NCBI GenBank assembly: GCA_964016885.1
Contig: OZ024745.1
Span: 81,964,001-82,028,000 of the forward strand
DNA from: Eledone cirrhosa
Taxonomy: Eukaryota
DNA length: 64,000 nt
Direction: 5' to 3'
Of the stretch, positions 1 through 10,200 are shown piece after piece (the stretch's first letter is position 1; the number at the start of each line of letters is the position of its first letter). Made by a program: the position numbers and the translations under genes. The notes beneath the pieces are model-generated. The model made no database searches. It saw only the letters and a program-made list of their open reading frames with translations, and was not told the DNA's origin.

Positions 1-3
1 TCC

Positions 4-41
<38 letters not shown>

Positions 42-45
<4 letters not shown>

Positions 46-1402
46 GACAGGGGGGAAGAAAAAATGGTTTCACTTGTGCTTTCAACAAATTTATTTTCTT
101 CACAAAATCCAAAAAGAATTTTTCTTAAAAATAATTATTTTATAAATTAAGTTGTTGGTTAGGTCTTAGGAGTTGTTGGTTAACATAGGAGGTATTGTTT
201 CGTTTTTAGAAAGACCTTTCACGCTGAGGTGCGCTTGTCAAACTGATGTGTATGTGGTGTGTTGTTCTATATATAGGGATTTAACATGTCTGTGGTGTGG
301 TGGGGGTTTCTTTTCTCCCCCTTTTAATAAGTGCATGGGTGTAGGTGTGTTGAAAAAGTGTTCATAGCAGTAATGAGTTGAGACGGTGAGTAGGGTTGGG
401 TGGGGAGAAATGTAGCAAGTGCCCCGGTCATTCTCGAAAAATTCCTTTATTCAGGGGAAAAAGCTTTTCGCATGGCTTTTGTGTTGAGAATGGTCACAGG
501 CAAATCGCACCTGTCAAGTTTGTGAATAATTATTTTTTTCTTCTTTTTTTCCTGAAGAATTTTTCGACGTCCATCCCAAAGTTAGTCCTTTGTTCAACAC
601 ACACATATGTGGGCATATACGTACATACATGTGTATGTGTATGTGTATGTATATATATATATATATACCCATGTGGAGGTATGAGTACATATTCGTGTGT
701 GTTTTTATATGTGTCTCTATATGTTTTTGTGTATGTATGTGGATGTATTTGTGCATGGGTGTGTGATTGATGGTGTGTGCCTATATATTCCTACATATGC
801 CCGTGTGTGTATGTACGTATATGCCCACATATGTGTGTGTTGAACAAAGGACTAACTTTGGGATGGACGTCGAAAAATTCTTCAGGAAAAAAAGAAGAAA
901 AAAATTATTATTCACAAACTTGACAGGTGCGATTTGCCTGTGACCATTCTCAACACAAAAGCAATGCTAAAAGCTTTTTCCCCTGAATAAAGGAATTTTT
1001 CGAGAATGACCGGGGCAGGCCGCACTTGCTACATTTCTCCCCACCCAACCCTACTCACCGTCTCAACTCATTACTGCTATGAACACTTTTTCAACACACC
1101 TACACCCATGCACTTATTAAAAGGGGGAGAAAAGAAACCCCCACCACACCACAGACATGTTAAATCCCTATATATAGACCAACACACCACATACACATCA
1201 GTTTGACAAGCGCACCTCAGCGTGAAAGGTCTTTCTAAAAACGAAACAATACCTCCTACGTTAACCAAGAACTCCTAAGACCTAACCAACAACTTAATTT
1301 ATAAAATAATTTTTTTTAAGAAAAATTCTTTTTGGATTTTGTGAAGAAAATAAATTTGTTGAAAGCACAAGTGAAGCCATTTTTTCTTCGCCCCTGTCTT
1401 AA
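42..1402. repeat. Long inverted repeat (arms ~42-629 and ~808-1402, ~180-bp spacer)
   Basis: TTAAGACAGGGG...GTACATACA is the near-exact reverse complement of TGTATGTAC...CCCCTGTCTTAA; ORFs 173..367(+) and 1077..1268(-) mirror each other. Confidence 0.95.
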
Positions 1403-1438
1403 CATACCTAACTGTACCAAGGATTACACACATTTTCC
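830..1438 (+). mobile_element. Decayed Penelope-like retroelement ORF N-terminal region (source of the palindrome arm)
   Basis: Frame-broken translation VLNKGLT...DVEKFFRKKRRK...LTYLTVPRITHIF resembles the LxKGLxF...DxxxFxRxLR...PRxPxFY segment upstream of PLE reverse transcriptases. Confidence 0.5.
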
Positions 1439-1555
1439 AATATATATATAACTATGTATGTAGTCTTTGAGATACAAGATGATGATCAAGACTGGACTAT
1501 AATAGTGATCAGTCAGAGTTGACTTAAAACTAAACAATATCAAAAATCTTACTTT

Positions 1556-1689
1556 CTACTTCTTACGATTTTTCTTTACCAGTTCACAGTCTGGATAGTT
1601 CAAGGCATGTTCATGCATAGGTTTATCATGTACATTCCAGTTATTCAATGCTCCATCACAATAGTAACAAATAGTACGGTCATCAGGAC
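1556..1689 (-). CDS. IAP/BIR-domain gene, last coding exon (C-terminal half of the BIR zinc finger plus stop)
   Basis: Acceptor cttctttccag|; translation (G)PDDRTICYYCDGALNNWNVHDKPMHEHALNYPDCELVKKNRKK* has the exact C-x2-C-x16-H-x6-C BIR motif; phase 1 matches the upstream exon. Not in the supplied ORF track. Confidence 0.92.
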
Positions 1690-1839
1690 CTGGAAAGAAG
1701 TTCATTGAAAATATGAAACCAATACATTTCTATAATGATATCTTCTAAATTACTACCCATGAACATACTCATGTGGTTTCAGGTTTGATCTCACAGTATA
1801 ATTTCTGAAGCAAGTCAGATTAAACTATGATAGATTCAA

Positions 1840-1935
1840 CTTAAGTGACAATATCATAGTTAAGTAGCCCAACAAAAGTCTTAAATAACAATATCGTAGT
1901 TAGGCAGCTCAACAAAAGTCTTAAGTCACAACATC
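1840..1935. repeat. Degenerate ~40-bp tandem repeat (~2.5 copies) in the BIR intron
   Basis: CTTAAGTGACAATATCATAGTTAAGTAGCCCAACAAAAGT repeated with substitutions. Confidence 0.7.
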
Positions 1936-2085
1936 TATTTGTATATGCACAACAATTTATGTACATATTTTGTTTATCCCATATCGAACTTTAAAAAAAA
2001 TATTTTGGTTGATATTTGATGACAGCTAAACTATAATCACTCACCCCCCTCCTCCCCTAATTCAGAAATGCTTCCACCACCCCTG

Positions 2086-2627
2086 TTATATACAACATAT
2101 AAAAAGTGTTTATTTACCGACCGGTGTATGTGCGTACCATCTCGGTTAAAGCGACAAGTTTTTTCTACGGTTATGGAAGGTTGGAATTGCTAGAATTATT
2201 TAATGGTACTGTTCTTAATAGTTATTCTGTCACGTATTTCCAGCACTCGTATTGTGATATTAATATACTTTATGACTGTATTTAGTGCAAATACAATATT
2301 ATTTATTCACTGAAGTTATGAATCCAATTTAACCCCAGTAAACAGTATAATACGTGTAATGTTATAAAAGTCAATGGAAGCAAGTAATGGCTAAAATTAA
2401 CTAGGGGTTATGGGCATTTATTTCGATTACTTAAATGTACCGGTTTGTTTTACTAGGTACATGTTGCCACAAACTACCTCTATCTGTACATGTAGCACCA
2501 TTATACACTTATACAGATCCTGATTCTGGCAATTCCAACCGTCCATAACCTTAGAAAAAACTCTGTTTACATTTTGTCGCTTCAACGAAGATGGTACTCA
2601 CATACACTTTTTATGTTGTATATATAA
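2086..2627. mobile_element. MITE-like element with imperfect ~100-bp terminal inverted repeats
   Basis: GTGTATGTGCGTACCATCTCGGTTAAAGCGACAA / TTGTCGCTTCAACGAAGATGGTACTCACATACAC and GGTTATGGAAGGTTGGAATTGC / GCAATTCCAACCGTCCATAACC are inverted. Confidence 0.75.
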
Positions 2628-2719
2628 TTGATCCTGAGGATTTCACTACAAAGTATTGTAAAGAATATTTTAAGAGAACAAAACATATGTAGAGCAAATA
2701 AATAATGTGTTACTTAATT

Positions 2720-3372
2720 AGCCGCTCTCCAGCCATCTATTAAAAACTGTATACAGCTATGGTACGACCACACTTGGAATTCGCATCATCAGTCTGGAAC
2801 CCCTATCTTGCTCAGAACATTGACCTCCTGGAAACTGTTCAGAGACGTGCAACCAAGCGCATACCCTCCATCAGACACCTACCATACTCTGAACGCCTTG
2901 CTTCCCTGAGCATGGATTCATTGAAGCTCCAACGTCTGGCAATGGACTTGGTGAATACCCACAAAGTTATTAACCATCTCGCCAATTGCAACCCTGAGCA
3001 CTTTTTGATCTCCATGTGTCTCATACACGTGGACATGCCTACAAAATCAGAAAACAGCACAGCTCCCATGACTTTCGTAGACATTTTTTCACGCTCAGAG
3101 TTGCTGAAGCATGGAACAAACTGCCTGCGTCAGTTGTTAGCTGCCGAGACACTGCATCCTTTCAGACACTCATGCTTCCCGAAATACGCAAAACTACACC
3201 TGATGTACCCTTTCCATACACATGCACACTTGTGTGTATCATGACTCGTGCACTGTTCATTTTACTGATGTTTGTGCATTGCCCTATGTACTGTACATGC
3301 ACTTTTTGATGAGTTGTGGTGCACCTGGGCACTGTACACAATATTTCATTATTATTATTATTATTATTATTA
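2720..3372 (+). mobile_element. CR1-type LINE 3' fragment (RT C-terminus, 3' UTR, (ATT)n tail)
   Basis: VRPHLEFASSVWNPY...LETVQRRATK...YSERL...TRGHAYKI...FFTLRVAEAWNKLP with a frameshift; ends in (ATT)n. Confidence 0.9.
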
Positions 3373-3500
3373 TATCATGACTCATACACTGTTCATTTTC
3401 CTGACATTTGTACATTATTCTATGTACTATACATGCACCTTTGATGAGTTGTAGTGCACCTGAGCACTGTACACAATAATTTCATTATATTATTATTATT
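3373..3500 (+). mobile_element. Second, diverged CR1 3'-UTR copy directly behind the first
   Basis: ~130-bp diverged copy of ~3238-3372, also ending in an ATT-rich tail. Confidence 0.8.
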
Positions 3501-3529
3501 AATGATATATATATATATATATATATATC

Positions 3530-3916
3530 ACTTACATCTCTCTAAGACAATGTCAGAGGATCGAGATCGTTGGCGCCATGCAGTTGTACAGAAGACCCGA
3601 CTGTCCTTGCATACAAACCTAGTCAGTAGGCACTTCTTAACCCACTGTACATCCCCACCCTCCCTTTTCCGTTCCGTCCACTGTGTCGATGACAACAGTC
3701 CACACTGTAAGGTGGTCGTGTAGGAGACACGGTAAAAAGACTCCCAGTTCACACTGTAAATGTGGTCAGTGTTAGGAAGGGCTGAAAAAAAAAACCTGCT
3801 AGAGACACTTCCGTACGAACGAGACACGGTCTCCCGACCATTCCCGCAACAAATAGAACAAAACCGTCTAACTCAGGCAAACTTAGAAGTTGGACGTTAA
3901 ACGATGATGATGATGA
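3530..3916 (+). mobile_element. RTE-type LINE 3' end
   Basis: MSEDRDRWRHAV C-terminal motif; ends GGACGTTAAAC(GAT)n. Confidence 0.6.
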
Positions 3917-3944
3917 TATATACACACACACACATATATATATA

Positions 3945-4104
3945 CAGTAAAATTCCGTAATAACGAAAAAAAAAAATTGGTTGTAACGAAAAATTCATAA
4001 CGAGATTGACCTAACACATTGAGCGTATGGCTGGGGATTGAAATAAAATTCTTTATACTGAAAAATTTGTTATAATGGTATTCGTTATAACGGAATTTTA
4101 CCTG
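3945..4104. mobile_element. Tc1/mariner-pogo-type MITE
   Basis: TIRs CAGTAAAATTCCGTAATAACGAA / TTCGTTATAACGGAATTTTACCTG, flanked by TA. Confidence 0.8.
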
Positions 4105-4927
4105 TATATATATATATATAGATGGTTTGATCCTATTATACTGTAGGATGAAACGATGAACCAGATGATCGCGAAATGAACTTAACCACACAATCACATC
4201 TAAATACAAATTCAACCTGCATCATATTGTATTTTCTCCCTTATTAGTTGGCTTCATAACATAATTCATCAATTTAATGCTGTCGTGCTCCTATCGCTTT
4301 TGCCCTTGCCATAGTTGACGAAGTTGTTGCTACACTAATTATACGGAATTACGGAATTTTACGGAATTGTGCCTCTTTTGCAGGAGTTTTAATTAAAAAC
4401 CTTATTTTACACAAAGGTATGAGGTCAATAATATATACCACAAAAAGTACCGGGGTGATATAATCAACTAAAACCCCACTTCAATGGCCAAACACCTGTC
4501 TGTCTCATCCCATCCTCATTGCTAAGTGCCAGGGATTATGGCAATTGCACTAATTCTCATCTATTAGATGCTGTATGGTCATCATTCTCATCAGGAAAAA
4601 AAGTTATATTGGTTTGGCCCAAATCCCTATCTGACAATTACTTGGAAGCTGGTAACCAAGCTGCAGCTCATCCACCTTCATTACAAAGATGACACCATTG
4701 GCCACTTGAAAAGTTGTTTCTAAGATGATTAAAGAGTGCAATCTACCCCAGTTTTGAAATCAGAGCGACTCTTCTCTGAAAGTAAGGGAGAAAATACCTT
4801 ATGATGCAGTTTTGGTTTGTGTTTAGATGTGATTGTGTGGTTAAGTTCATTCATGACCATCTAGCTCCTGGACAAATTGGCAACCAAAGTTAAGGAGCTC
4901 TGTCCCAATATAATAAAAGAATACTAC

Positions 4928-5178
4928 CATAGAAGAAGAAACCTGCTTCAGCCATCACTTTTTTATCAGGTTTACCAGATGTTGGCCACTCTTTAAATGA
5001 TTTTAGGCGAGCTTCATATTTTTTAAATTTTATGTGTAGAGGAGGTGGTTTTGAAATACAAGAGATATTGATTCCATCAGGTTGATCAGTAGCTTCGATG
5101 TTAGGTTGATCAGTAGCTTCTGTGTTAGGTTGATCAGTACCGTCCATGTCTATCAATACGTTTCGGACTAATATGTGT
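4928..5178 (-). CDS. IAP/BIR-domain gene, internal exon (linker plus N-terminal half of BIR)
   Basis: Acceptor cttttgttctttttag|, donor G|gtagta; translation HILVRNV...KFKKYEARLKSFKEWPTSGKPDKKVMAEAGFFFY(G) with RLxSFxxWP and AxAGF BIR signatures; 251 bp, splices in frame to 1556-1689. Confidence 0.9.
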
Positions 5179-5361
5179 CTAAAAAGAACAAAAGAAAAGA
5201 GTTAAATGGGGTTAATTTAGAAATTTAATATAAAATATAGTATTTAAAATAATCTTGAAGAATCATTTAAACTTTTATTTGATACTAAAAATAAAGATAT
5301 GAACAATATACTTGGGTTTTACTGAATGTTAATCATATAATAGAATAAAATAACCATTTAC

Positions 5362-5428
5362 CCATGATGTGGAAATTTATTTGACCCTTGAATGTCTATC
5401 ATGAAATGAAAGTTCATCACAGTGGTTA
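5362..5428 (-). CDS. Putative upstream exon of the BIR gene (possible start MNFHFMIDIQGSNKFPHHG)
   Basis: ttttacacag| acceptor, GG|gtaaat donor, open frame, phase 2 matches the 5178 acceptor; no homology support. Confidence 0.4.
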
Positions 5429-5459
5429 CTGTGTAAAATTCTTTTAGCAAGCTAAGTAT

Positions 5460-5880
5460 AATGATGAATTTCAAGTGCAGATGGGGATCCATCAAGGCTC
5501 AGTCCTTAGTCCACTTCTCTTCTCCAGGCTATAACAGAGGAGTTGTAGATTGGCTAAGGGGACTCCTGTTTGTTGGTGACCTAGCACTTATAGCTAAATG
5601 TGGAAGAGTTAGTGGTGAAATTCCAGACAAGCAAAACCAAGAAACAAAACACCTAAAAGTTAACCTAGCAAAATAAGAAATAAGCCAAGATTCTGATACT
5701 GCAAGGGAAATGGTCTCATTTGATGTTTCAAAAAGGAGTGGGCAGAAATTCCATATGGTGCACATGTGAGATTACAGACAGGTTAACAGAGAAGACAGAC
5801 TTTGTAGCAGATGCGCACAAAAAATAAGTGCTAAGAACACACATGAAATAGACTTTCTTTATTGCAGTTATCCACGTACA
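5460..5880 (+). mobile_element. Decayed RTE-like RT fragment
   Basis: GIHQGSVLSPLL...LLFVGDLALIA...LKVNLAK across frameshifts. Confidence 0.6.
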
Positions 5881-6134
5881 TCCTCTACAAACAAAGTCTT
5901 CCCTTCCTGTTAGCTTACTCATTATCTCATTACATCTCACCACCCCCTCTATATATATATGTACATTCTGTGCTTTGCTTCTTCCCTTACACTGTCATCC
6001 TTTCCCAATAGTACTTTTATTGAAGTGTAAAAATGTTCAATGAGTGAGAGGGTTTTATTTACTTAATCCAATGCTAATATATTTATTTGTGACTAGGCAA
6101 AGTATCTAAAGCTAGTCATATAGCTCTCTAAGAT

Positions 6135-6340
6135 TGTGTCCATATCAAAACAATAGAGTTAACCCAGTGGCCAGTTACAAGCAAGGACAAAACAATGGTG
6201 TCATAGTCACCCTAGTGGTCAGTACAAATAAGGACATAAAATGTAATCATAACTCAGTGGTCAGTTACAAACAAGGACAAAAAAAAAAAAAGGGAATCAT
6301 ATTTAACTTAGTGGTTAGTTACAAACAAGGGCATAAAATC
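6135..6340. repeat. Degenerate ~45-bp minisatellite (4-5 copies)
   Basis: Recurring core AGTGGTCAGTTACAAACAAGGACA. Confidence 0.75.
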
Positions 6341-6949
6341 CTGGAAATACCTCGTTTAGAAGATACCCTAATAGCACACCCTCATTCATAAGGGGTCAAG
6401 GTACTCGCATGAGAGCCACATTTCCATGCAGTAGAAACCAAACTTGAGCTTCTAAAAGCTTTTCAGCCTGCAGTAGAAAGACATCCACAGAACAGATATG
6501 TCAGAGAAGGTAGCTACTACTTACTTGTCGACAGAGAAACCCAACCAAACTATGTACTAGTCATGATCTTCAGCAAATACCGATAGATAAACAATATTTT
6601 AAAGTAGAAATATTTTATGTATATCTTTGTTTGAGCACGCTTTTGATTAATGTTAAACGTTTGTCTCACTATCACTGATTAAATAATTGTTTCTACTTTA
6701 GGCACAATGCCAGCAATTAACCAGTGCATTACTGGTATTTTATTTTATCGACCCCGTAAGGATGAAAGGCAACCGGAAACATTTTCTATACTGCTTGAAA
6801 TTTCATCAAATACATATACCCTAACTCTAATCCTAACTCAACCCAACCAAACCAAACCAAACAAACCTTAACCCTAACATTCGAGAACACACCCAAAGAG
6901 AGTATACATATATATATATGTAGCGAAATCTGTCCACACCTTGACACTT

Positions 6950-7330
6950 GGCTGACATATGACAGTCAATCTGTCGGCCAGCTACATTTTTCAGCCTGTG
7001 GCTTTCGAGACATTTGGGGGAGTCGGGCCGCTGACTGCGAGGTTCCTCTCTTCACTGGCGGCTCGCCTAATAGAGATAACTGGCGAATCTCACAAGGGCG
7101 CTTGGTTGTTACTGCGCATTAGCCTCGCCAGCACCCGAGGCAACGCTGTGAGTGTGCTGGCTTGCCTCAAAAACCATTAGAGAGGTTGCCCGGTACTCCT
7201 CGCAACGTTGCTGTCTTTTGCTCTGGTGTTGGCTCGGTTGTTCACTCCTTCCTTTACATTTTCTTTAATATTGTAACATTAAAAGAATATATCCTTCTGA
7301 AAGAATCGCGAGCAATTTATAATGTTATCT
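6950..7330 (+). mobile_element. CRE-clade (RLE-type) non-LTR retrotransposon 3' fragment
   Basis: FQPVAFETFGGVGP...LRISLASTRGNAVSVL resembles the CRE C-terminal PxAxETxG...QRxSxAxQRGNA motif. Confidence 0.7.
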
Positions 7331-8049
7331 AAGCATTTGGAATGTTATTTATATATATATAGTTAAAACATATTTGTTATGTTATTCTACTGTAAATTTA
7401 TTTATATGCTCTGTATAATTCTGGGTTACCTCTTTTTTGGCGTAAATAAGTGGGCAGTCTCTCGAGGTCACCCCTGTGGTTCTCAAGGCAAGGGACAGAG
7501 GAAGAGACAGATATAAATAGCCTGTCTCAGACCAAGCGAAAAAGGCAGTTCGGAGCATTTCCTGATAACGATGTAAAACATTTGCTTTCTGCAGACCCTT
7601 TGGGGTTTACAGACTCTTATTCTCTCTCTTTCTTTCTCCTGGTCTTACAGACACTTACTTTCTCTTTTTCACTCAATCTCTATCTCTTGGTCTCTCTCTT
7701 AACCAAGCCAGTGAAGTTCAAGAAGTTTTCTTGATAAATACAATTTAATTCTACTTTTACAAACAAACAAATAACGTACATAATTCTTGTCTAGGCGATA
7801 TCCAATTTTAGCTGCCTAAATGCCGCTTACTTTCTGCAGTTGCTGCTTACTTCAATGTATGAGGCTATTCCAACAAATTTACATTCCCCCTTTTTTTAGC
7901 CGTTAAAAGATTTTTTTTTTTTTTTTTTTTTTTTTTGCGATTTATTTGCCACTGGGGCATAGATTTCTTTATTTGCCCCCCCCCCTTTTTCTTCTTTTTT
8001 TTTTCGATTTATTAGCCTTTTGGGGTCACACACACCCCCGTAGAAAGTG

Positions 8050-8176
8050 TGCGTTACTGTGGAGAAGGAATTAGAAACAATTTTATCAAAATTCACTGCT
8101 ATTCGGGAACATACAAAGCGAACTTTGGGTGACATAGCAACTTCTGTTGATAATATAAGGAAAGAAATCAGTGAAG
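8050..8176 (+). pseudogene. RMND5: Captured first-coding-exon fragment of RMND5 (CTLH/GID E3 ligase subunit), ATG lost, splice donor retained
   Basis: CVTVEKELETILSKFTAIREHTKRTLGDIATSVDNIRKEISE(G)|gtattt resembles the RMND5A N-terminus (MDQCVTVERELEKVLHKF...) as recalled; lies inside the TIR element. Confidence 0.75.
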
Positions 8177-8229
8177 GTATTTATTACATTTTGATTGCAT
8201 TTTTATTACAACCACTAATACTTACTATT

Positions 8230-8480
8230 ATACCGAGGGGCCCTGCCCGTTCGGGAAAGGCTCTACAGACACGGATTCCGGGATGGAAACCCCTTGGAAA
8301 AGAAATGTCCCAGATGCGTTTGCAACGAGGAAACTGTGGGGATATGTCGCCGGCCAACAAATGGTCCTCTTCTTCCGATACCACTTCGAAAGAAGGATCA
8401 AGGTGGAGAAAAAGGCACTCAGTCCTAGCCAATTCCATGAAAGATGGGTGAAAGTAGCAATAATTGTTTCTACTTTTGAA
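8230..8480 (+). mobile_element. Tx1/L1-clade ORF2 C-terminal fragment inside the Merlin-like element
   Basis: GQQMVLFFRYHFERRIKVEKKALSPSQFHERWVKVA is homologous to 61333-61518 (GQSLINFFKFHFERKVKVEREVLPPSTFAERWVNVA). Confidence 0.8.
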
Positions 8481-9162
8481 AGTAGCAATAATGGCCCGTG
8501 TAAGTGGGCCATCTCTCTATATCGGCTTGTACAGGTAAGAGAAGAAGGGAGCACCCCCTCTCTCTGTGCTCCCTGGCAGAAAGGTCGCACACTTTCTACG
8601 GGGGTGTGTGTGACCCCAAAAGGCTAATAAATCGCAAAATAACAAACAAACAAACAAAAAAGGGGCAAATAAAGAAATCTATGCCCCATAAATAAATCTA
8701 TATTTCTTTTAACGACTAAAGAAAAGGGGAATGTAAATTTGTTGGAATAGCCTCATACATTGAAGTAAGCGGCATTTAGGCAGCTAAAATTGGATATCGC
8801 CCTTGTCTATTTTTCGTATAGTTCCGGCGTGAGCTATTTTCAATAAATAAATAATATAGCGGTTTGGTGTCATCGTGGTTCAGTCAGATATATTCATTTT
8901 CTGCGTAATCAAGGAACGGCACTGTCATGGTATTAGCTGTCAGAAAGAAGGTCACGTCATTCGTCAACCTTCTCAATCATTTATTTCCGTATCACCACGC
9001 GTTTATTTACGTTTATGATTTTAAAAAAAATATGGGTACCAAATAACCACGTAATTTTCGAGAGAAACGATAATATACAATCTTATTTAACATGTGCATT
9101 AAAAACTACACTAGCTGTTACAATTGTAATTAACTTGTAAGAACTTAAATGAAAATATAGGT

Positions 9163-9177
9163 GGCCCTTAAAGGGCC
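9163..9177 (-). terminator. Mirror histone-type stem-loop (one T short)
   Basis: Minus strand caacacc-GGCCCTTTAAGGGCC-acct. Confidence 0.5.
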
Positions 9178-9218
9178 GGTGTTGAACTTAAATTTGTTTT
9201 CTAACTTGTTTCAACATC

Positions 9219-9234
9219 GGCCCTTTTAAGGGCC
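9219..9234 (+). terminator. Histone-mRNA-type 3' stem-loop
   Basis: caacatc-GGCCCT-TTTA-AGGGCC-acta matches the 6-bp stem / 4-nt loop SLBP consensus; no histone CDS nearby. Confidence 0.65.
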
Positions 9235-9616
9235 ACTATATTTTCATTTAAGTTCTTACACGTTAATTACAATTGTAACAGCTAGTGTAGTTTTTAATGC
9301 ACATGTTAAATAAGATTGTATATTATCGTTTCTCTCGAAAATTACGTGGTTATTTGGTACCCATATTTTTTTTTTTAATAAGTGTATCTCATTGTAAACG
9401 TATCTTCTACTTTCACTTTTGACAGCTAATACCATGACAGTGTCCAAGGAATTATCATATCATCATCACACCATCTTATTGAACACTTACTCACTTACTT
9501 AAACATATGCTACCTATGGTCACACTGTATCACACAACAAGCTACAAGTGAGCACGCACACAAACGAATCAACACCACAACGCAATCCACTACCAACATC
9601 GACCAACAAATAATCG

Positions 9617-9651
<35 letters not shown>

Positions 9652-9653
<2 letters not shown>

Positions 9654-10124
9654 CATACGTTAAGACGGGCGTTCGGGAAAGTGAAAGTAAATTTTTTGAC
9701 AACAGTGAATTCTTTTTTTTTTTTTTGAAAGTAAAAGTTACGATACACACGCAATTGTATGGATTTCTTAATATATATATATGTGTGGGTGTGTATATAT
9801 GTGTGTACACTGTGAATTTGTTTGTTTATTTACAACAGGTCTCTATAGTGATATGGTGTTAATTAGTATTGCGTGTGTGATTATTTTTTCTTTAGATAGA
9901 CGTTAAACGATGATGATGACACAAACACATATATATATACAAACACACATATATATATACATACAGACACACATATATATACACACCCACACATATATAT
10001 ATATTAAGAAATCAATACAATTGCGTGTGTATCGTAATTTTCATTGTAAAAAAAAAAAAAAAAAAAAAAAATTCACTGTTGTCGAAAAATTTACTTTCAC
10101 TTTCCCGAATGCCCGTCTTAACGT

Positions 10125-10129
<5 letters not shown>
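9652..10129. mobile_element. Long-TIR MITE (Mutator- or Merlin-like) inserted in (TA)n
   Basis: GGCATACGTTAAGACGGGC...GCCCGTCTTAACGTATGCC, ~155-bp TIRs; flank phase is compatible with an odd-length (e.g. 9-bp) TSD. Confidence 0.8.
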
Positions 10130-10180
<51 letters not shown>

Positions 10181-10200
10181 TTGGAGCTCTGAAATAGCAA

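Larger units (their letters stand above)
7794..8801. mobile_element. Non-autonomous Merlin-like DNA transposon with long TIRs (7794-8053 / 8586-8801) carrying captured cargo
   Basis: Termini GGCGATATCCAATTTTAGCTGCC...GGCAGCTAAAATTGGATATCGCC; perfect 8-bp TSD CTTGTCTA (7786-7793 and 8802-8809); a 5'-GGNRM terminus with 8-bp TSD fits Merlin (Mutator not excluded). Confidence 0.88.
8918..9444. mobile_element. Second Merlin-like fold-back element
   Basis: Termini GGCACTGTCATGGTATTAGCTGTCA / TGACAGCTAATACCATGACAGTGTC; 8-bp flanks CAAGGAAC / CAAGGAAT; inner arms ~9021-9186 and ~9210-9378 nearly perfect. Confidence 0.75.

Noticed and set aside
4560-4790. Similarity to 57420-57640 on the opposite strand, considered as extra exons
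   Set aside because: Diverged dispersed repeat with broken frames; family not identified
8047-8451. 134-aa ORF as a functional RMND5 gene
   Set aside because: Starts at a GTG in the TIR and reads through the splice donor into intron-like and LINE sequence
7375-9540. Possible solo LTR hosting the two Merlin-like insertions (TGTT start, TATA-like motif at ~7512, AATAAA at ~8842)
   Set aside because: No matching TSD or defensible 3' terminus found
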